64,000 nt of DNA from an uncultured candidate division Zixibacteria bacterium (lineage in GTDB: Bacteria; Zixibacteria; MSB-5A5; GN15; PGXB01), in NCBI GenBank assembly GCA_963702205.1, contig OY969724.1:1920001-1984000 (forward strand), written 5' to 3'. This document shows positions 20,420-30,365 of this stretch, piece by piece; positions within the stretch are counted from its first letter, which is position 1, and every line of letters starts with the position of its first letter. The position numbers and the translations under genes were made by a program. The notes under the pieces were generated by a model, which searched no databases, was not told where the DNA came from, and saw only the letters and a list, made by a program, of their open reading frames with translations.

Positions 20420-22690
20420 TCACCCAATCCCATACATATACTGCAGAAGTTTCAGCGTCCCGTTTTTGCCGTGTTCGCCGACTTCCATTTCGGGGCCGAC
20501 GCACGACGGGCAGCCGCCGGGGCAGGGACAGCTGTCGAGCTGTTTAAGGCAGGCGTAGATCAGATCGTGGAAGATATTGAAAATCTTCTGCGAATACCCG
20601 ACGCCGTCCGGGATGTTCTCATAGATATATATCGTCGGCAGTTCGGTAAACGGAGCGCGGACCTGTGAAATCGAGCGCAGATCGCGCGGGTCGCACATCA
20701 CCCACAGCGGGGCGATCTTGCCGAGTATATTGGCCAGGCCGCGAAGGGCCCCGCCGAATGTTTCGCCCTCGAGTTTGAGTTTGAAACGAATGTCTCCGGG
20801 GAAGGCGTACCAGAAGGCGTTGGTGTGCAATTCCAGTTCCGGCAAGAGCAATTTGCCCGAACCGACGTTTTCGTGCGTGTGAAATTTTATTTTCTTGAAA
20901 AGGACCGTCACCGAGGTTACGGTTACCTCGCCCCACGATATTCGGCTGTCGCCCTCGGTTTTTTCGTCGGACGTTCCAAGCACCTTGAGATCAGTTTTGG
21001 TTTCAGCATCGGTATAATAGTCAACTTCGACCTCTTTGACATAAGCTTTCTTGCCCTCCCAGTCGAGTTCCGTCACCTGGTATTGATCGGCATCGTGCAA
21101 ATAAATCGCCTCGGGGTGCAAAAATATAGGCGCGCTGTAATAATCGACTTCACCGATGACGTGGTTTTTGTCGGACTGATTGAGTATGACAAAATTCTCA
21201 GGCGACGCCGACCGCAGCGAAACCTGCTGGGCCGGGTAAATCTCCGACGACCAATGAAATTTTTCTCCGGCGTGACGGACAATATTCTGGTTTTCGAGAT
21301 AGTCGAGAATTTCGCCGGTGCCGTCGGAGCGAAAACACTCACCATCGTGAAGCGGCAGCTCGAAACTGGCGCACTTGATATGGTTGGTGCTGATTATCAA
21401 ATTGTCCGGGTCGATGATGCCCATCTCGGGGGTCTTTTCCAGTACGTACGACGGGTGCTTGGCCAGAAATTGATTGATCGCCGAGCTGTTGGCGATAAAA
21501 ATAGTCACCGAGACGCCGGAGCGCCGTCCGGCCCGTCCTGCCTGCTGCCATATCGAAGATATCGAACCGGGGTATCCGACGATGATCGACACATCGAGCG
21601 ACCCGATGTCGATGCCCAGTTCCAGTGCATTGGTCGAGACGACACCGGTGATGTCGCCGCGCCTGAGACCCCGCTCGATTTCCCGCCGTTGATTAGGCAG
21701 GTACCCGCCGCGATACCCGGCCACTCGTATATTTTTGCCGAACGGCTCGGCGAAGGCTTCGCGCAGATATGACAAGAGTATTTCCACCTGCAGGCGATAG
21801 TGCGCGAAGACGATGGTCTGGATGCGCTCGGCGATAAACATCTGCGCCAGAGTACAGGCCTCGTTGAGGGCCGATTTACGGATTCCCAACTGCGGGTTGA
21901 TGACGGGCGGATTATATAAAATGAAATGTTTTTCACCGGTGGGGGCGCCGTTGTTGCTAATCAGATTGACTTTGCGTCCTATAATTTTCTCGGCCAGCTC
22001 ATCGGGATTGGCGATAGTCGCCGAGCACATAATAAATATCGGGTCGGAGCCATAGAAAGCGCAGATGCGTTTCAACCTTCGCACCAGATTAGCCAGATGC
22101 GAACCGAATATACCCCGGTAATGGTGTATTTCGTCGATTACGATATACTTAAGATTCTCGAACAGCTTGATCCACTTGGTATGATGCGGCAAAATCCCGG
22201 CGTGGAGCATGTCGGGATTGGTGACGACGATATGCCCGGCCGAACGGATCAGCCGCCGGGCCGTCTGGGGCGTGTCGCCGTCGAATGTATACGTCTTTAT
22301 GTCGATATCGAGGTCGTCGATGGTCCCGGTAAGCTCCGCCAATTGATCCTGAGAAAGCGCCTTGGTAGGGAAGAGGTACAGGGCGCGGGTGGATTTGTTC
22401 TTGATGATGCTGTCCAGTACGGGGAGGTTGTAGCAAAGAGTCTTGCCGGAGGCGGTCGGAGTGACAATGACCGTATCTTTGCCGTCGTGCACCGAATCAA
22501 CGGCGGATCTTTGGTGAGAGTACAACTGCCGCATTCCGACTTTGGTGAAATGATCCACAAGACGGCGGTCGATGTAGTCGGGATAGTCGGCGTACTGCCC
22601 CGGCCTGGCCTCGATATGCGACCAGTGCGATATATTGCGGCCCATGGCCGGATCGTTTTTGAATGATTCGAGTATCTGTTCGAGGTTCAT
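20420..22690 (-). CDS. DEAH-box helicase with DUF1998 (MrfA/YprA/SftH family)
   Basis: TASGKT, PTKALSQDQ, DEIH, SAT, LELGIDIG, QQAGRAGR, C-terminal CPCPGGCPSC. Confidence 0.9.
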   Translation of the reverse strand: MNLEQILESFKNDPAMGRNISHWSHIEARPGQYADYPDYIDRRLVDHFTKVGMRQLYSHQRSAVDSVHDGKDTVIVTPTASGKTLCYNLPVLDSIIKNKSTRALYLFPTKALSQDQLAELTGTIDDLDIDIKTYTFDGDTPQTARRLIRSAGHIVVTNPDMLHAGILPHHTKWIKLFENLKYIVIDEIHHYRGIFGSHLANLVRRLKRICAFYGSDPIFIMCSATIANPDELAEKIIGRKVNLISNNGAPTGEKHFILYNPPVINPQLGIRKSALNEACTLAQMFIAERIQTIVFAHYRLQVEILLSYLREAFAEPFGKNIRVAGYRGGYLPNQRREIERGLRRGDITGVVSTNALELGIDIGSLDVSIIVGYPGSISSIWQQAGRAGRRSGVSVTIFIANSSAINQFLAKHPSYVLEKTPEMGIIDPDNLIISTNHIKCASFELPLHDGECFRSDGTGEILDYLENQNIVRHAGEKFHWSSEIYPAQQVSLRSASPENFVILNQSDKNHVIGEVDYYSAPIFLHPEAIYLHDADQYQVTELDWEGKKAYVKEVEVDYYTDAETKTDLKVLGTSDEKTEGDSRISWGEVTVTSVTVLFKKIKFHTHENVGSGKLLLPELELHTNAFWYAFPGDIRFKLKLEGETFGGALRGLANILGKIAPLWVMCDPRDLRSISQVRAPFTELPTIYIYENIPDGVGYSQKIFNIFHDLIYACLKQLDSCPCPGGCPSCVGPEMEVGEHGKNGTLKLLQYMYGIG

Positions 22691-22701
22691 AGTGTCTTCG
22701 T

Positions 22702-23241
22702 TTATTTCGAGCCCAATTGACGGCGACAAATGTCGCACAATTTGTTGCCGCGATGGTCTATATCCATCATGTTCATACTGTAATAGTTGATACAAACCGG
22801 GTTTCGGCATCCGGCCACTTCGCTCAAAAAAGCGACCTGCTGCACGGCCAGTTTGAACAGACGGTCGTACACTTTGGTTTCATCCTCCGGCAGACCGTAG
22901 AATTCCTGACGGACTTTGTTAAGGGATACGACCGCCGTGCCGGACACCGTGTCGAAATGCGCGAGGACGTAGGCTTCATCGGGAAGGTAAATATCTTCCT
23001 CGCAGACGGCGACAATCTGTTCTTTGCTGTTGGCTTTGATGCGTTCCAGCTTTTGCAATATGATCGAGGCATAGTGCTGGCTGCGGATGACGTTGTACGC
23101 TTCATCGGGGACTTTCATGCCTTTTAAAATATCCACGGATCTGTTGAAAACCTGCCCGATATTGGTCGCGAGCCGGTTGACCAGCATGAAATCCACCTCG
23201 CCCAGCGGCACCACCACTATTTTCGGTTTAATAAAGACCAT
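22702..23241 (-). CDS. Archaemetzincin-like protein lacking the catalytic zinc motif
   Basis: AYNVIRSQH, DIY, AVVS, EFYGLP, C..C...D.D....CDIC retained; HExxHxxGxxH is replaced by QQVAFLSEVAG. Confidence 0.75.
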   Translation of the reverse strand: MVFIKPKIVVVPLGEVDFMLVNRLATNIGQVFNRSVDILKGMKVPDEAYNVIRSQHYASIILQKLERIKANSKEQIVAVCEEDIYLPDEAYVLAHFDTVSGTAVVSLNKVRQEFYGLPEDETKVYDRLFKLAVQQVAFLSEVAGCRNPVCINYYSMNMMDIDHRGNKLCDICRRQLGSK

Positions 23242-23438
23242 TATTCTGCCGTAAAGAACCGCCCGTCGGACCCGGTCGGTGAAATTCTGACTTCCATTTT
23301 AGTCGAACATTTGGGACACCAGCCGACAAAAGCATCGCCTTTCGCGTTAATATAAATTCTGGAATACACCCGGCAGCATTTGAACAGGACGCCGATATAC
23401 GGCCGCTTGCTATTGTCGTCTTGCCCTGATTGTTTCAT
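23241..23438 (-). CDS. Small putative zinc-binding protein
   Basis: FKCCRVYSRIY...GWCPKC; overlaps both neighbouring genes (translational coupling). Confidence 0.75.
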   Translation of the reverse strand: MKQSGQDDNSKRPYIGVLFKCCRVYSRIYINAKGDAFVGWCPKCSTKMEVRISPTGSDGRFFTAE

Positions 23439-24103
23439 ACCTTTTGTGTCTTAAAAAACTCTCTCATTATAACCGCCGACGATGATGATCCCAGCCGGTC
23501 GGCCCCGGCGGCGATCATCGCTTCGGCATCGGCCAGGCTTTTGATTCCACCCGAAGCCTTGACTTTAATCTTATTGCCGGCAGTTTTTTTCAACCGTTCA
23601 ACAACTTCAACCGTCGCTCCCCCGAAAAATCCCGTGGCGGTCTTGACAAACTGAGCGCCACCATCGATGACAACTTTGGTCGCCTCGATTTGCTGTTCGG
23701 GTGTCAGCTTGGGTGTTTCTATAATTACTTTAAGTATTGTGTTGTCGGGAAGATTCTTTTTGACATCGGATATTTCACTTTCGGCTTTGCCGAACTCTCC
23801 CGATACAAGCAGACCGACGTTGGCGACCATATCTATTTCATCAGCGCCGTCCTCGACGCCTTGTACGGCTTCGGCGACTTTAATTTTGGTCGTACCGGCC
23901 GACAGGGGGAACCCGGCAACGCCGATTATTTTTACATCGGTCCCGGTAAGTTCCTTTTTGGCAAGCGGAACCCAGTAGGGATTTATGGCGATACCGTAGA
24001 AATTGAATTCCATCGCTTCGCGGCAGCATTTCAATATGGCCCGTTCGTCCGCTTCGGAATGCAATTGAGCATGGTCGAAATAACTGAATAAATAGTCCGT
24101 CAT
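23435..24103 (-). CDS. deoC: Deoxyribose-phosphate aldolase
   Basis: GFPL, GADEIDMV, LKVIIET, FVKTATGF, KASGGI. Confidence 0.95.
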   Translation of the reverse strand: MTDYLFSYFDHAQLHSEADERAILKCCREAMEFNFYGIAINPYWVPLAKKELTGTDVKIIGVAGFPLSAGTTKIKVAEAVQGVEDGADEIDMVANVGLLVSGEFGKAESEISDVKKNLPDNTILKVIIETPKLTPEQQIEATKVVIDGGAQFVKTATGFFGGATVEVVERLKKTAGNKIKVKASGGIKSLADAEAMIAAGADRLGSSSSAVIMREFFKTQKV

Positions 24104-24145
24104 TTTCTATTCCTGTCAATCTAAGTTCAACAAAGTATTATAAGG

Positions 24146-25351
24146 CTATGATAGACATTGGACAATCTCTTTTAAAAAGCTACGGGGCGTAATCCCGGCC
24201 TGCTTTTGTTTGAAATGGCCTCCGAGATCGAAGATTTCATCTATTGTCGCCGCAATGTCCGCGAATGTTTTTCGTGTCCCCAGCGATATTCCTATTTTTA
24301 TTTTCTTATTGTAAACCAATAGCGGGACATATTCACGGGTGTGATCGGTTGAATCGGTCAGGGTTGGATCGCAACCGTGGTCGGCGGTGATGATCAGTAG
24401 ATCGTCATCATTTAATACATCGAGATAGGAGCTCAGCCATTTATCGAATTCTTCGAGCCCGCGCGCGAAAGATTGCACGTCGTTGCGATGCCCCCAGAGC
24501 ATATCGAAATCGACCAGGTTGGCGAAATGAAGACCCTTCGGGGTGGTTTCCAGTTCAGAGGTCAGCTTCTCCATGACGTCGGCGTTACTTTTGGTTTTGA
24601 TTGACCGGGAGATGCCACGCCCGGCAAAGAGATCATATATTTTCCCGATGCTTATGGTCGGGATATCTTTCTTCTGCAGCCGGTCGAGAAATGTGTCTCC
24701 CGGAGGTTTAAGCGAGAAATCGCGACGGTTCGCGGTCCTCGTGAAATTACCCGGTTTGCCGATGAATGGCCGGGCGATGACCCGTCCGACGCCGTGCTCA
24801 CTATGCAACATTTCACGAGCCATGCGGCAGATTTCATATAAGCGCTCGACCGGAACTATATTCTCATGCGCCGCCAGTTGAAAAACCGAATCGGCCGATG
24901 TGTATAAAATCAGTGCCCCGGTTTCAAGGTGTTTCTGGCCCAGTTCTTTGATTATCTCAGTGCCGCTGGCCGGAACGTTGCCGATTGTTTTTATGCCTGC
25001 TTTCTTTTCAAAGGAGTCAACCAGATTGCGAGGGAAGCCTTTGGGATAAGTCGGAAACGGTTTCTTAAGAATAACCCCGCCGATCTCCCAATGTCCCGAT
25101 GTCGAATCTTTGCCGGGAGATATTTCTGCCATTTTGCCGAAGCAGGCGTGTGGTTTATAGGTCGGAGTTAAGCCGTCTATCGGGACGATATTCCCCAGAC
25201 CAAGACTCGCGCAGACCGGCATTTGAAGCCCGCCAATCGCTCTGGCCAGGTTGGGCAGGGTGGCGGCTCCCGTATCGCCGTATTGGTCGGCATCGGGCAG
25301 TTCGCCCACGCCGCAGGCGTCGAGGATAATTATTATAACTCTTGAAAACAC
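24146..25351 (-). CDS. deoB: Phosphopentomutase
   Basis: GKDSTSGHWE, YTSADSVFQ, RVIARPF, NLVDFD..GHRND, TADHGCDP, DHTREYVP. Confidence 0.95.
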   Translation of the reverse strand: MFSRVIIIILDACGVGELPDADQYGDTGAATLPNLARAIGGLQMPVCASLGLGNIVPIDGLTPTYKPHACFGKMAEISPGKDSTSGHWEIGGVILKKPFPTYPKGFPRNLVDSFEKKAGIKTIGNVPASGTEIIKELGQKHLETGALILYTSADSVFQLAAHENIVPVERLYEICRMAREMLHSEHGVGRVIARPFIGKPGNFTRTANRRDFSLKPPGDTFLDRLQKKDIPTISIGKIYDLFAGRGISRSIKTKSNADVMEKLTSELETTPKGLHFANLVDFDMLWGHRNDVQSFARGLEEFDKWLSSYLDVLNDDDLLIITADHGCDPTLTDSTDHTREYVPLLVYNKKIKIGISLGTRKTFADIAATIDEIFDLGGHFKQKQAGITPRSFLKEIVQCLS

Positions 25352-25421
25352 AGGTGAAATCTATGAATAAAGGGGACAATCGGCCAATAAAAAAGCTCGT
25401 CCTTTGATTAAATCGAGGATA

Positions 25422-26270
25422 TTACGGTTTCGCGAGTTTCGTCATATTGCTGACCGAGGAACCTTTCGATTCGGTCCGGAAATGCGAAATCTTGCCGGGC
25501 TCGTACCAGGTACCTTCGGTATTTTCATCGAAATCCGACTGCTCGTGAATGATAGCGCTTTCTTTATATGCCAGATATGTTCGGCTATTGAATTTCACAT
25601 GAGTAAGCTGTATCAGTGTGGCCGATGAGTCTTTAGTGACATACTGAAGTGGCAGGATCATTACCGCGTCGCGGTCGATGACGACGCAATCATAGCCCAT
25701 TTTTTTCTCAAATCCGGAGATTCGATAGTGGTTGGAGGCGTCTTTTAGCTCGCCATTTTTTAAAATGACTTTGAACGTATGATCCCACTCATAGCCGATT
25801 CCGACCGGTTCATCGGGCAGGATCAACGACATTTGTTCCAGATAACGTTTGTAATAATCTATCAAAGACAGGCGGGAGCTGTCGGCAATCGAGTAAAATT
25901 CGTTAAAGCCATTGGCGTGCTGTACGGTGTTGATGGTCATCGACCACCTGACCGTATCGGTTACCTTAGGATCGAGAGAATCGGGCTGAAGCCGCGACAT
26001 TTCGGTTGTCCACTGCAAAAGCCCCTTGCCGCCCGGGAGGGTATCGACCGTCTTTTCCGTAAATTGGACATATTCCGTGCACCGGTACGATTCGGTCAGG
26101 GAATCATCGACATATTTCTTGAAATCGGAATTTCGGACGCTTTCACTGATCAACAACTGACCCGGTCGGAATTTCAATGCAATCATCACCGGCCCGCTTT
26201 CGTTGGAACAGCCTGCTAAAAGCAGTGCGGCGACGAAAACAATCCTGATATATGGATGCAATTTACTCAT
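25422..26270 (-). CDS. Hypothetical lipoprotein (paralog of 26327-27169)
   Basis: Lipobox LLAGC; shared ALK.P.GQ, PVxxGYxW and DCxxID motifs. Confidence 0.7.
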   Translation of the reverse strand: MSKLHPYIRIVFVAALLLAGCSNESGPVMIALKFRPGQLLISESVRNSDFKKYVDDSLTESYRCTEYVQFTEKTVDTLPGGKGLLQWTTEMSRLQPDSLDPKVTDTVRWSMTINTVQHANGFNEFYSIADSSRLSLIDYYKRYLEQMSLILPDEPVGIGYEWDHTFKVILKNGELKDASNHYRISGFEKKMGYDCVVIDRDAVMILPLQYVTKDSSATLIQLTHVKFNSRTYLAYKESAIIHEQSDFDENTEGTWYEPGKISHFRTESKGSSVSNMTKLAKP

Positions 26271-26326
26271 CGGCAGTTTCCCCGTAAATTTCTGCCTTGT
26301 CCAAACTCTTTGCTGCAAAATGGCGG

Positions 26327-27169
26327 TTAAGTCCCGGGTAATATATAATCTTTCAATTTATATGATCTACTTGTTTTTTTCTTTACGACCACCGGGGATT
26401 CTCCCTCGGCCGTTATTTCGGTCAGGTTGGCGACCGCTTCGGCGTGCTGCTCGAATTCGATTATTACCCCTATATCGTAGGCGTGATAAATAATGCCAGT
26501 CGTTTTGCTGGTGCCCATGCCTCTCAAGGTGGCGCTGTCCTCTTCGATAAATCTGTCAATCGGGTAGGTCAATTCCGTCGTGAAATCAATAATGGCGCAA
26601 TCGTGGGCGCCGCGTTTTGCCAGACTTCGAATTTTATAAGACGTCGTGACGTCGTTGATCCCGCCGTCTTTGAGTTCCACTTTGGACGTCTGCGTCCAGG
26701 TGTACCCGACCGGAACGGCGCGCAGCGGATATTTGGGCGCGAGGTCCTTGAATTTGTTCCTGTATGATTCCATCGCGGAGGAATCCGGTTTCTCGCCGTT
26801 TTCCACGCTCATAATCCGACCATCCGATGTCTGAAGCGAATACATATAACTGACCGTGTCACGGGTGCTGTATTGGCCCGTTTTCGGGTCGCGCGTTCTG
26901 ATTGTTTCGGTATTGGTGTGCTTGATAAAAACCGTGCTGTCGATTTTGTCCAGGATTTCTTCTTGAGTGGTTCCCGACCAGGACACGTCGTCGGTGCGCC
27001 AGAGGCTGTCGTTTTTATATTCGTCCGTATGATCGGCCCCGTCGAAATCCCAGACGATAACCTGTCCGTCGGGGTACTTGAGCGCCAGCGTTACGGTTTG
27101 TTCCTTACGCTGACAGGTCATAAACAGACCGAGCGCAAATATAGTGGCGATAAAGAGCGTTTTATTCAT
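26327..27169 (-). CDS. Hypothetical lipoprotein (paralog of 25422-26270)
   Basis: Short signal ending LFMTC; same shared motifs. Confidence 0.7.
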   Translation of the reverse strand: MNKTLFIATIFALGLFMTCQRKEQTVTLALKYPDGQVIVWDFDGADHTDEYKNDSLWRTDDVSWSGTTQEEILDKIDSTVFIKHTNTETIRTRDPKTGQYSTRDTVSYMYSLQTSDGRIMSVENGEKPDSSAMESYRNKFKDLAPKYPLRAVPVGYTWTQTSKVELKDGGINDVTTSYKIRSLAKRGAHDCAIIDFTTELTYPIDRFIEEDSATLRGMGTSKTTGIIYHAYDIGVIIEFEQHAEAVANLTEITAEGESPVVVKKKTSRSYKLKDYILPGT

Positions 27170-27198
27170 GGCATTCGTCCCTGTACCAAAGACGCCGG

Positions 27199-27708
27199 TT
27201 AAAATCCGAAAGTCCCCGGAGGTGAGGTTGTTATGTAGCTTATGGCTACGATCTCCTGGTTTTCAATAAGGCGTGCATAACTGGTTTGCTCCGCACCGTT
27301 ATTTTCGGCTGTGGACGCCGCCGCGAATTGAGTTCCGGGTGAAGGTCCGGTTTTATCGCTCAACGACAACGACACCAGAAATATCAGAAAGGACGCCGCC
27401 AGCGGCACCAGTATTGGCCAGATGCCGCGGCCCCGGCCGTCTTCGGCCGGAGATTCCTCGGGCGGAACCGCTTCGCGGTCTCCGACCTGTGTGAGGATTG
27501 ATTTTTCGAGGCTGGTCCAGTATGTCCCTTCGATTCTGGGACCGGGAACCCGGCTTATCAGGCCGTAAGCCTCTTTCTGATCCTCGAAAAATCGACGGCA
27601 GTCCGGACATTGCCCGATGATTTCGTCGAAATGACTTTTGTCATCGGGCCCAAGCCGACCGGTGAGGTAGTCGTCGATTTTGAGTTCAATAAAATGGTGG
27701 CAGGGCAT
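27199..27708 (-). CDS. Anti-sigma factor (zf-HC2-like domain + TM)
   Basis: C..DYLTGRL..CPDC, one TM helix, directly downstream of the ECF sigma factor. Confidence 0.8.
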   Translation of the reverse strand: MPCHHFIELKIDDYLTGRLGPDDKSHFDEIIGQCPDCRRFFEDQKEAYGLISRVPGPRIEGTYWTSLEKSILTQVGDREAVPPEESPAEDGRGRGIWPILVPLAASFLIFLVSLSLSDKTGPSPGTQFAAASTAENNGAEQTSYARLIENQEIVAISYITTSPPGTFGF

Positions 27709-27720
27709 ATCAGTTCCTCG

Positions 27721-28287
27721 TCAGGGCTTATTTTTCGTAAGCCATTTTTTGACCTTTATCCGGGCGATGTGCAGGTTGGACCGCACCGTCGCCTGCGGAC
27801 ATTCCATAATATCGGCAATTTCACCTTTGGAGAACCCTTCGATATCGTGCAAGATTATTGCCATTCTCTGGCGAGGCGGCAACTGATCCACGGCTTTTCT
27901 GATGTGCTGCATCAGTTCCGTGTTTTCGAGGCTTTCATCCGGGCCCGGGCTTTTGTCGGTAAGCTGGGCTTTGAGCGCCTGTGAGGTGGTGCTGTCGTCG
28001 TCGATGGCAACAAATCGGTTTTTCTTTTTCCTGATCAGATCGATGGCATAGTTGGTGGCAATTTTCATCAAAAGACAGGAAAAGAAACTTGCAGATTTTA
28101 TGGATTTACGGTTTCGGTAAATCCTTATAAAGGCCTCCTGGGTTACGTCGTCGGCGTCAAGATGGTTGCCCATCATGCGGTACGCGACGCCATAGACTTT
28201 CTTTTCAAACCTCCTGACCAGTTCGGCAAAAGCCGCATGGTCACCATCCACAAATTTATGAACAAGATCCTCAGTATCGCTATTCAT
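27721..28287 (-). CDS. ECF RNA polymerase sigma factor
   Basis: AFAELVRR, DADDVTQEAF, LPPRQR, EIADIM..TVRSNLHIAR. Confidence 0.95.
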   Translation of the reverse strand: MNSDTEDLVHKFVDGDHAAFAELVRRFEKKVYGVAYRMMGNHLDADDVTQEAFIRIYRNRKSIKSASFFSCLLMKIATNYAIDLIRKKKNRFVAIDDDSTTSQALKAQLTDKSPGPDESLENTELMQHIRKAVDQLPPRQRMAIILHDIEGFSKGEIADIMECPQATVRSNLHIARIKVKKWLTKNKP

Positions 28288-28313
28288 GGACCTTGCTTTC
28301 TAACTGCTTCTAT

Positions 28314-28340
28314 GACGTTTAAGGCTGGAGCCATGTTTAA
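28314..28340 (-). promoter_or_regulatory. Possible autoregulatory ECF promoter
   Basis: TTAAAC-N17-CGTC upstream of the ECF sigma gene. Confidence 0.45.
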
Positions 28341-28583
28341 TGCAAATTAATCCGTTGACTTATATATACTTAAAAAGTATGATTGGCATCATAAAGTCAA
28401 ACCTTTTTTATTCGGTTCGGACGAATCATGTATTGGCTTTGTTGGCGAGAGCTCTGTTGGTTGCACGTTGTGTTGAAATGAGAGATCACGGATATTTAGG
28501 ATCTAACTCAAGAACAGTTGACAAAACGCTCATAATTGCTTATTTGTCAGTCTGGTTTTTCCTAAAATGAAGAGGCAAGCCTT

Positions 28584-29459
28584 ATGAATTCAATGACCGG
28601 TTTCGGACGGGCGGATCATAAAACGAAAAATCTGGCCGTAGCGGTGGAAATATCCTCGGTTAACAACCGTTTTCTGGAATATGCTTTTCGCCTGCCCCGA
28701 CAGCTGAGTTTTCTTGAACCCAAATTAAAAGATTTAATCGGGAGTACGGTCGATCGCGGTCGGTTGACGGTTCTGGTCAGCTATGAGGATTACGGCCTCG
28801 GGATTGACAAGGCGGTTTTGAATTCGGCACTGGCTAAGGACATTCATAAACACCTGCTGGAATTGAAGAAAAAATTCAAGTTGTCCGGCGATATCGAAAT
28901 CGGGCATTTCCTGCAGTTTCAGGACCTGTTCAAAGTGGAACGAAGCGAGAATCTTGAAGAGAAAGTCTGGCCGGTGGTCAAAAAGGCCGCCCAGGGCGCT
29001 TTGAAAAATCTGATCGCCATGCGTCTGACCGAGGGGACCAATCTCAAGAAAGACATAACCGCCCGGATAAAGATACTTCAGAAAGTAATTGCCAAAATCC
29101 AGAAGCTCGCTGGAAACAATTCCGAGATGTTCAGGTCGAAGATGACGGCACGTATCGAGGACCTGCTGAATAAAAAGGATTATGATCGGGCTCGCTTCGA
29201 AGAAGAAATAGCATATCTGGCCGAACGCGCCGACATCAGCGAAGAATGCGTCCGTTTCGATTCTCACCTTAGTCAATTTATGGATGAGATCAGCCACGAC
29301 GGTATGATCGGCCGACGACTCAATTTCATATTGCAGGAGTTGAACCGCGAGGCTAATACGATCGGCTCCAAATCCGCCAATCCGGATATTACCCATATGG
29401 TCGTGGAACTCAAGGAAGAGATAGAGCGTATACGCGAACAGGTGCAGAATATTGAATAA
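28584..29459 (+). CDS. yicC: YicC/YloC family endoribonuclease
   Basis: SMTGFG, SVNNRFL, GRRLNFILQELNREANTIGSK, REQVQNIE. Confidence 0.95.
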   Translation: MNSMTGFGRADHKTKNLAVAVEISSVNNRFLEYAFRLPRQLSFLEPKLKDLIGSTVDRGRLTVLVSYEDYGLGIDKAVLNSALAKDIHKHLLELKKKFKLSGDIEIGHFLQFQDLFKVERSENLEEKVWPVVKKAAQGALKNLIAMRLTEGTNLKKDITARIKILQKVIAKIQKLAGNNSEMFRSKMTARIEDLLNKKDYDRARFEEEIAYLAERADISEECVRFDSHLSQFMDEISHDGMIGRRLNFILQELNREANTIGSKSANPDITHMVVELKEEIERIREQVQNIE

Positions 29460-29483
29460 TGGAACGGAGCATATTTTAATTCG

Positions 29484-30101
29484 ATGAAATCCGGACGGGG
29501 CAAAATTATAATCATTTCGTCGCCATCGGGCGGCGGAAAAAGTTCGATCTGCCGGGCTTTGCTTAAAAAGCATAAAAAAGACGGCTGGACGTTTTCGGTG
29601 TCGTTCACGACCCGCCCGCCGCGCTCCGGCGAAAAAAATGGACGCGAATATTTTTTTGTTTTACCGCATGAATTTGCCGCTTTGCAGAAAAAAGGCTTCT
29701 TTGCCGAATCCTGCCGCGTACATACATACCGTTATGGAACTCCCTGTCGACCCCTCGACCAGACTCTGAAAAAAGGAGGGGTGATTTTGCTGGACGTGGA
29801 CGTCAAGGGAGCGTTCAAGATTAAACGCCTCTATCCCGAAGCGGCGCTTCTGTTTATCCTGCCTCCCAGCCGGTCTGAATTGATTCGCCGGTTAAAGAAA
29901 AGGGGGACCGAAGACGATAAGCAATTAAAAATCAGACTCGACAGGGCTGTTAAAGAAATGGGACTTTTTTCGAAATTCGAATATGTCATTATCAACAAGC
30001 GTCTTGATACGGCCGTAAATGAAGTAGATATGATCGTCAACTCGCTGCATTGCCGCCTCAAGAACTTGAACATGGAACTAATCGGGCGTATAATCGGTTA
30101 G
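29484..30101 (+). CDS. gmk: Guanylate kinase
   Basis: SPSGGGKS, TTRPPR.GE.NGREY, YGT. Confidence 0.95.
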   Translation: MKSGRGKIIIISSPSGGGKSSICRALLKKHKKDGWTFSVSFTTRPPRSGEKNGREYFFVLPHEFAALQKKGFFAESCRVHTYRYGTPCRPLDQTLKKGGVILLDVDVKGAFKIKRLYPEAALLFILPPSRSELIRRLKKRGTEDDKQLKIRLDRAVKEMGLFSKFEYVIINKRLDTAVNEVDMIVNSLHCRLKNLNMELIGRIIG

Positions 30102-30130
30102 AAGAAACGCAAAAAAACATAGGAGGAGCT

Positions 30131-30358
30131 ATGGTCCGAACTTCATTTGAGGAGCTTGACAAGGTGACCAGAAACCGTTACGAAGCCGTTTTGATCGCTT
30201 CACAAAGAGCCCGCCAGATAAATTCGATGAGACTGGCGCAACTGGAAAGAATGGCCGAAGAAGACATCTCGATCGACGGCCGCAAAGTGACATCCATGGC
30301 CCTGGCCGACCTGGCTGCGGGGAAAATAAAAACACGCAGGAACGACCGGCCGGAATAG
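30131..30358 (+). CDS. rpoZ: RNA polymerase omega subunit
   Basis: AGGAGGAG RBS; NRYEAVLIASQRARQI; follows gmk. Confidence 0.9.
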   Translation: MVRTSFEELDKVTRNRYEAVLIASQRARQINSMRLAQLERMAEEDISIDGRKVTSMALADLAAGKIKTRRNDRPE

Positions 30359-30365
30359 GGATTTG

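Noticed and set aside
20420..22690. DUF1998 helicase as part of a DISARM or Druantia defence system
   Set aside because: Architecture fits the stand-alone MrfA/SftH repair helicase; no methylase, SNF2 or PLD partners are nearby.
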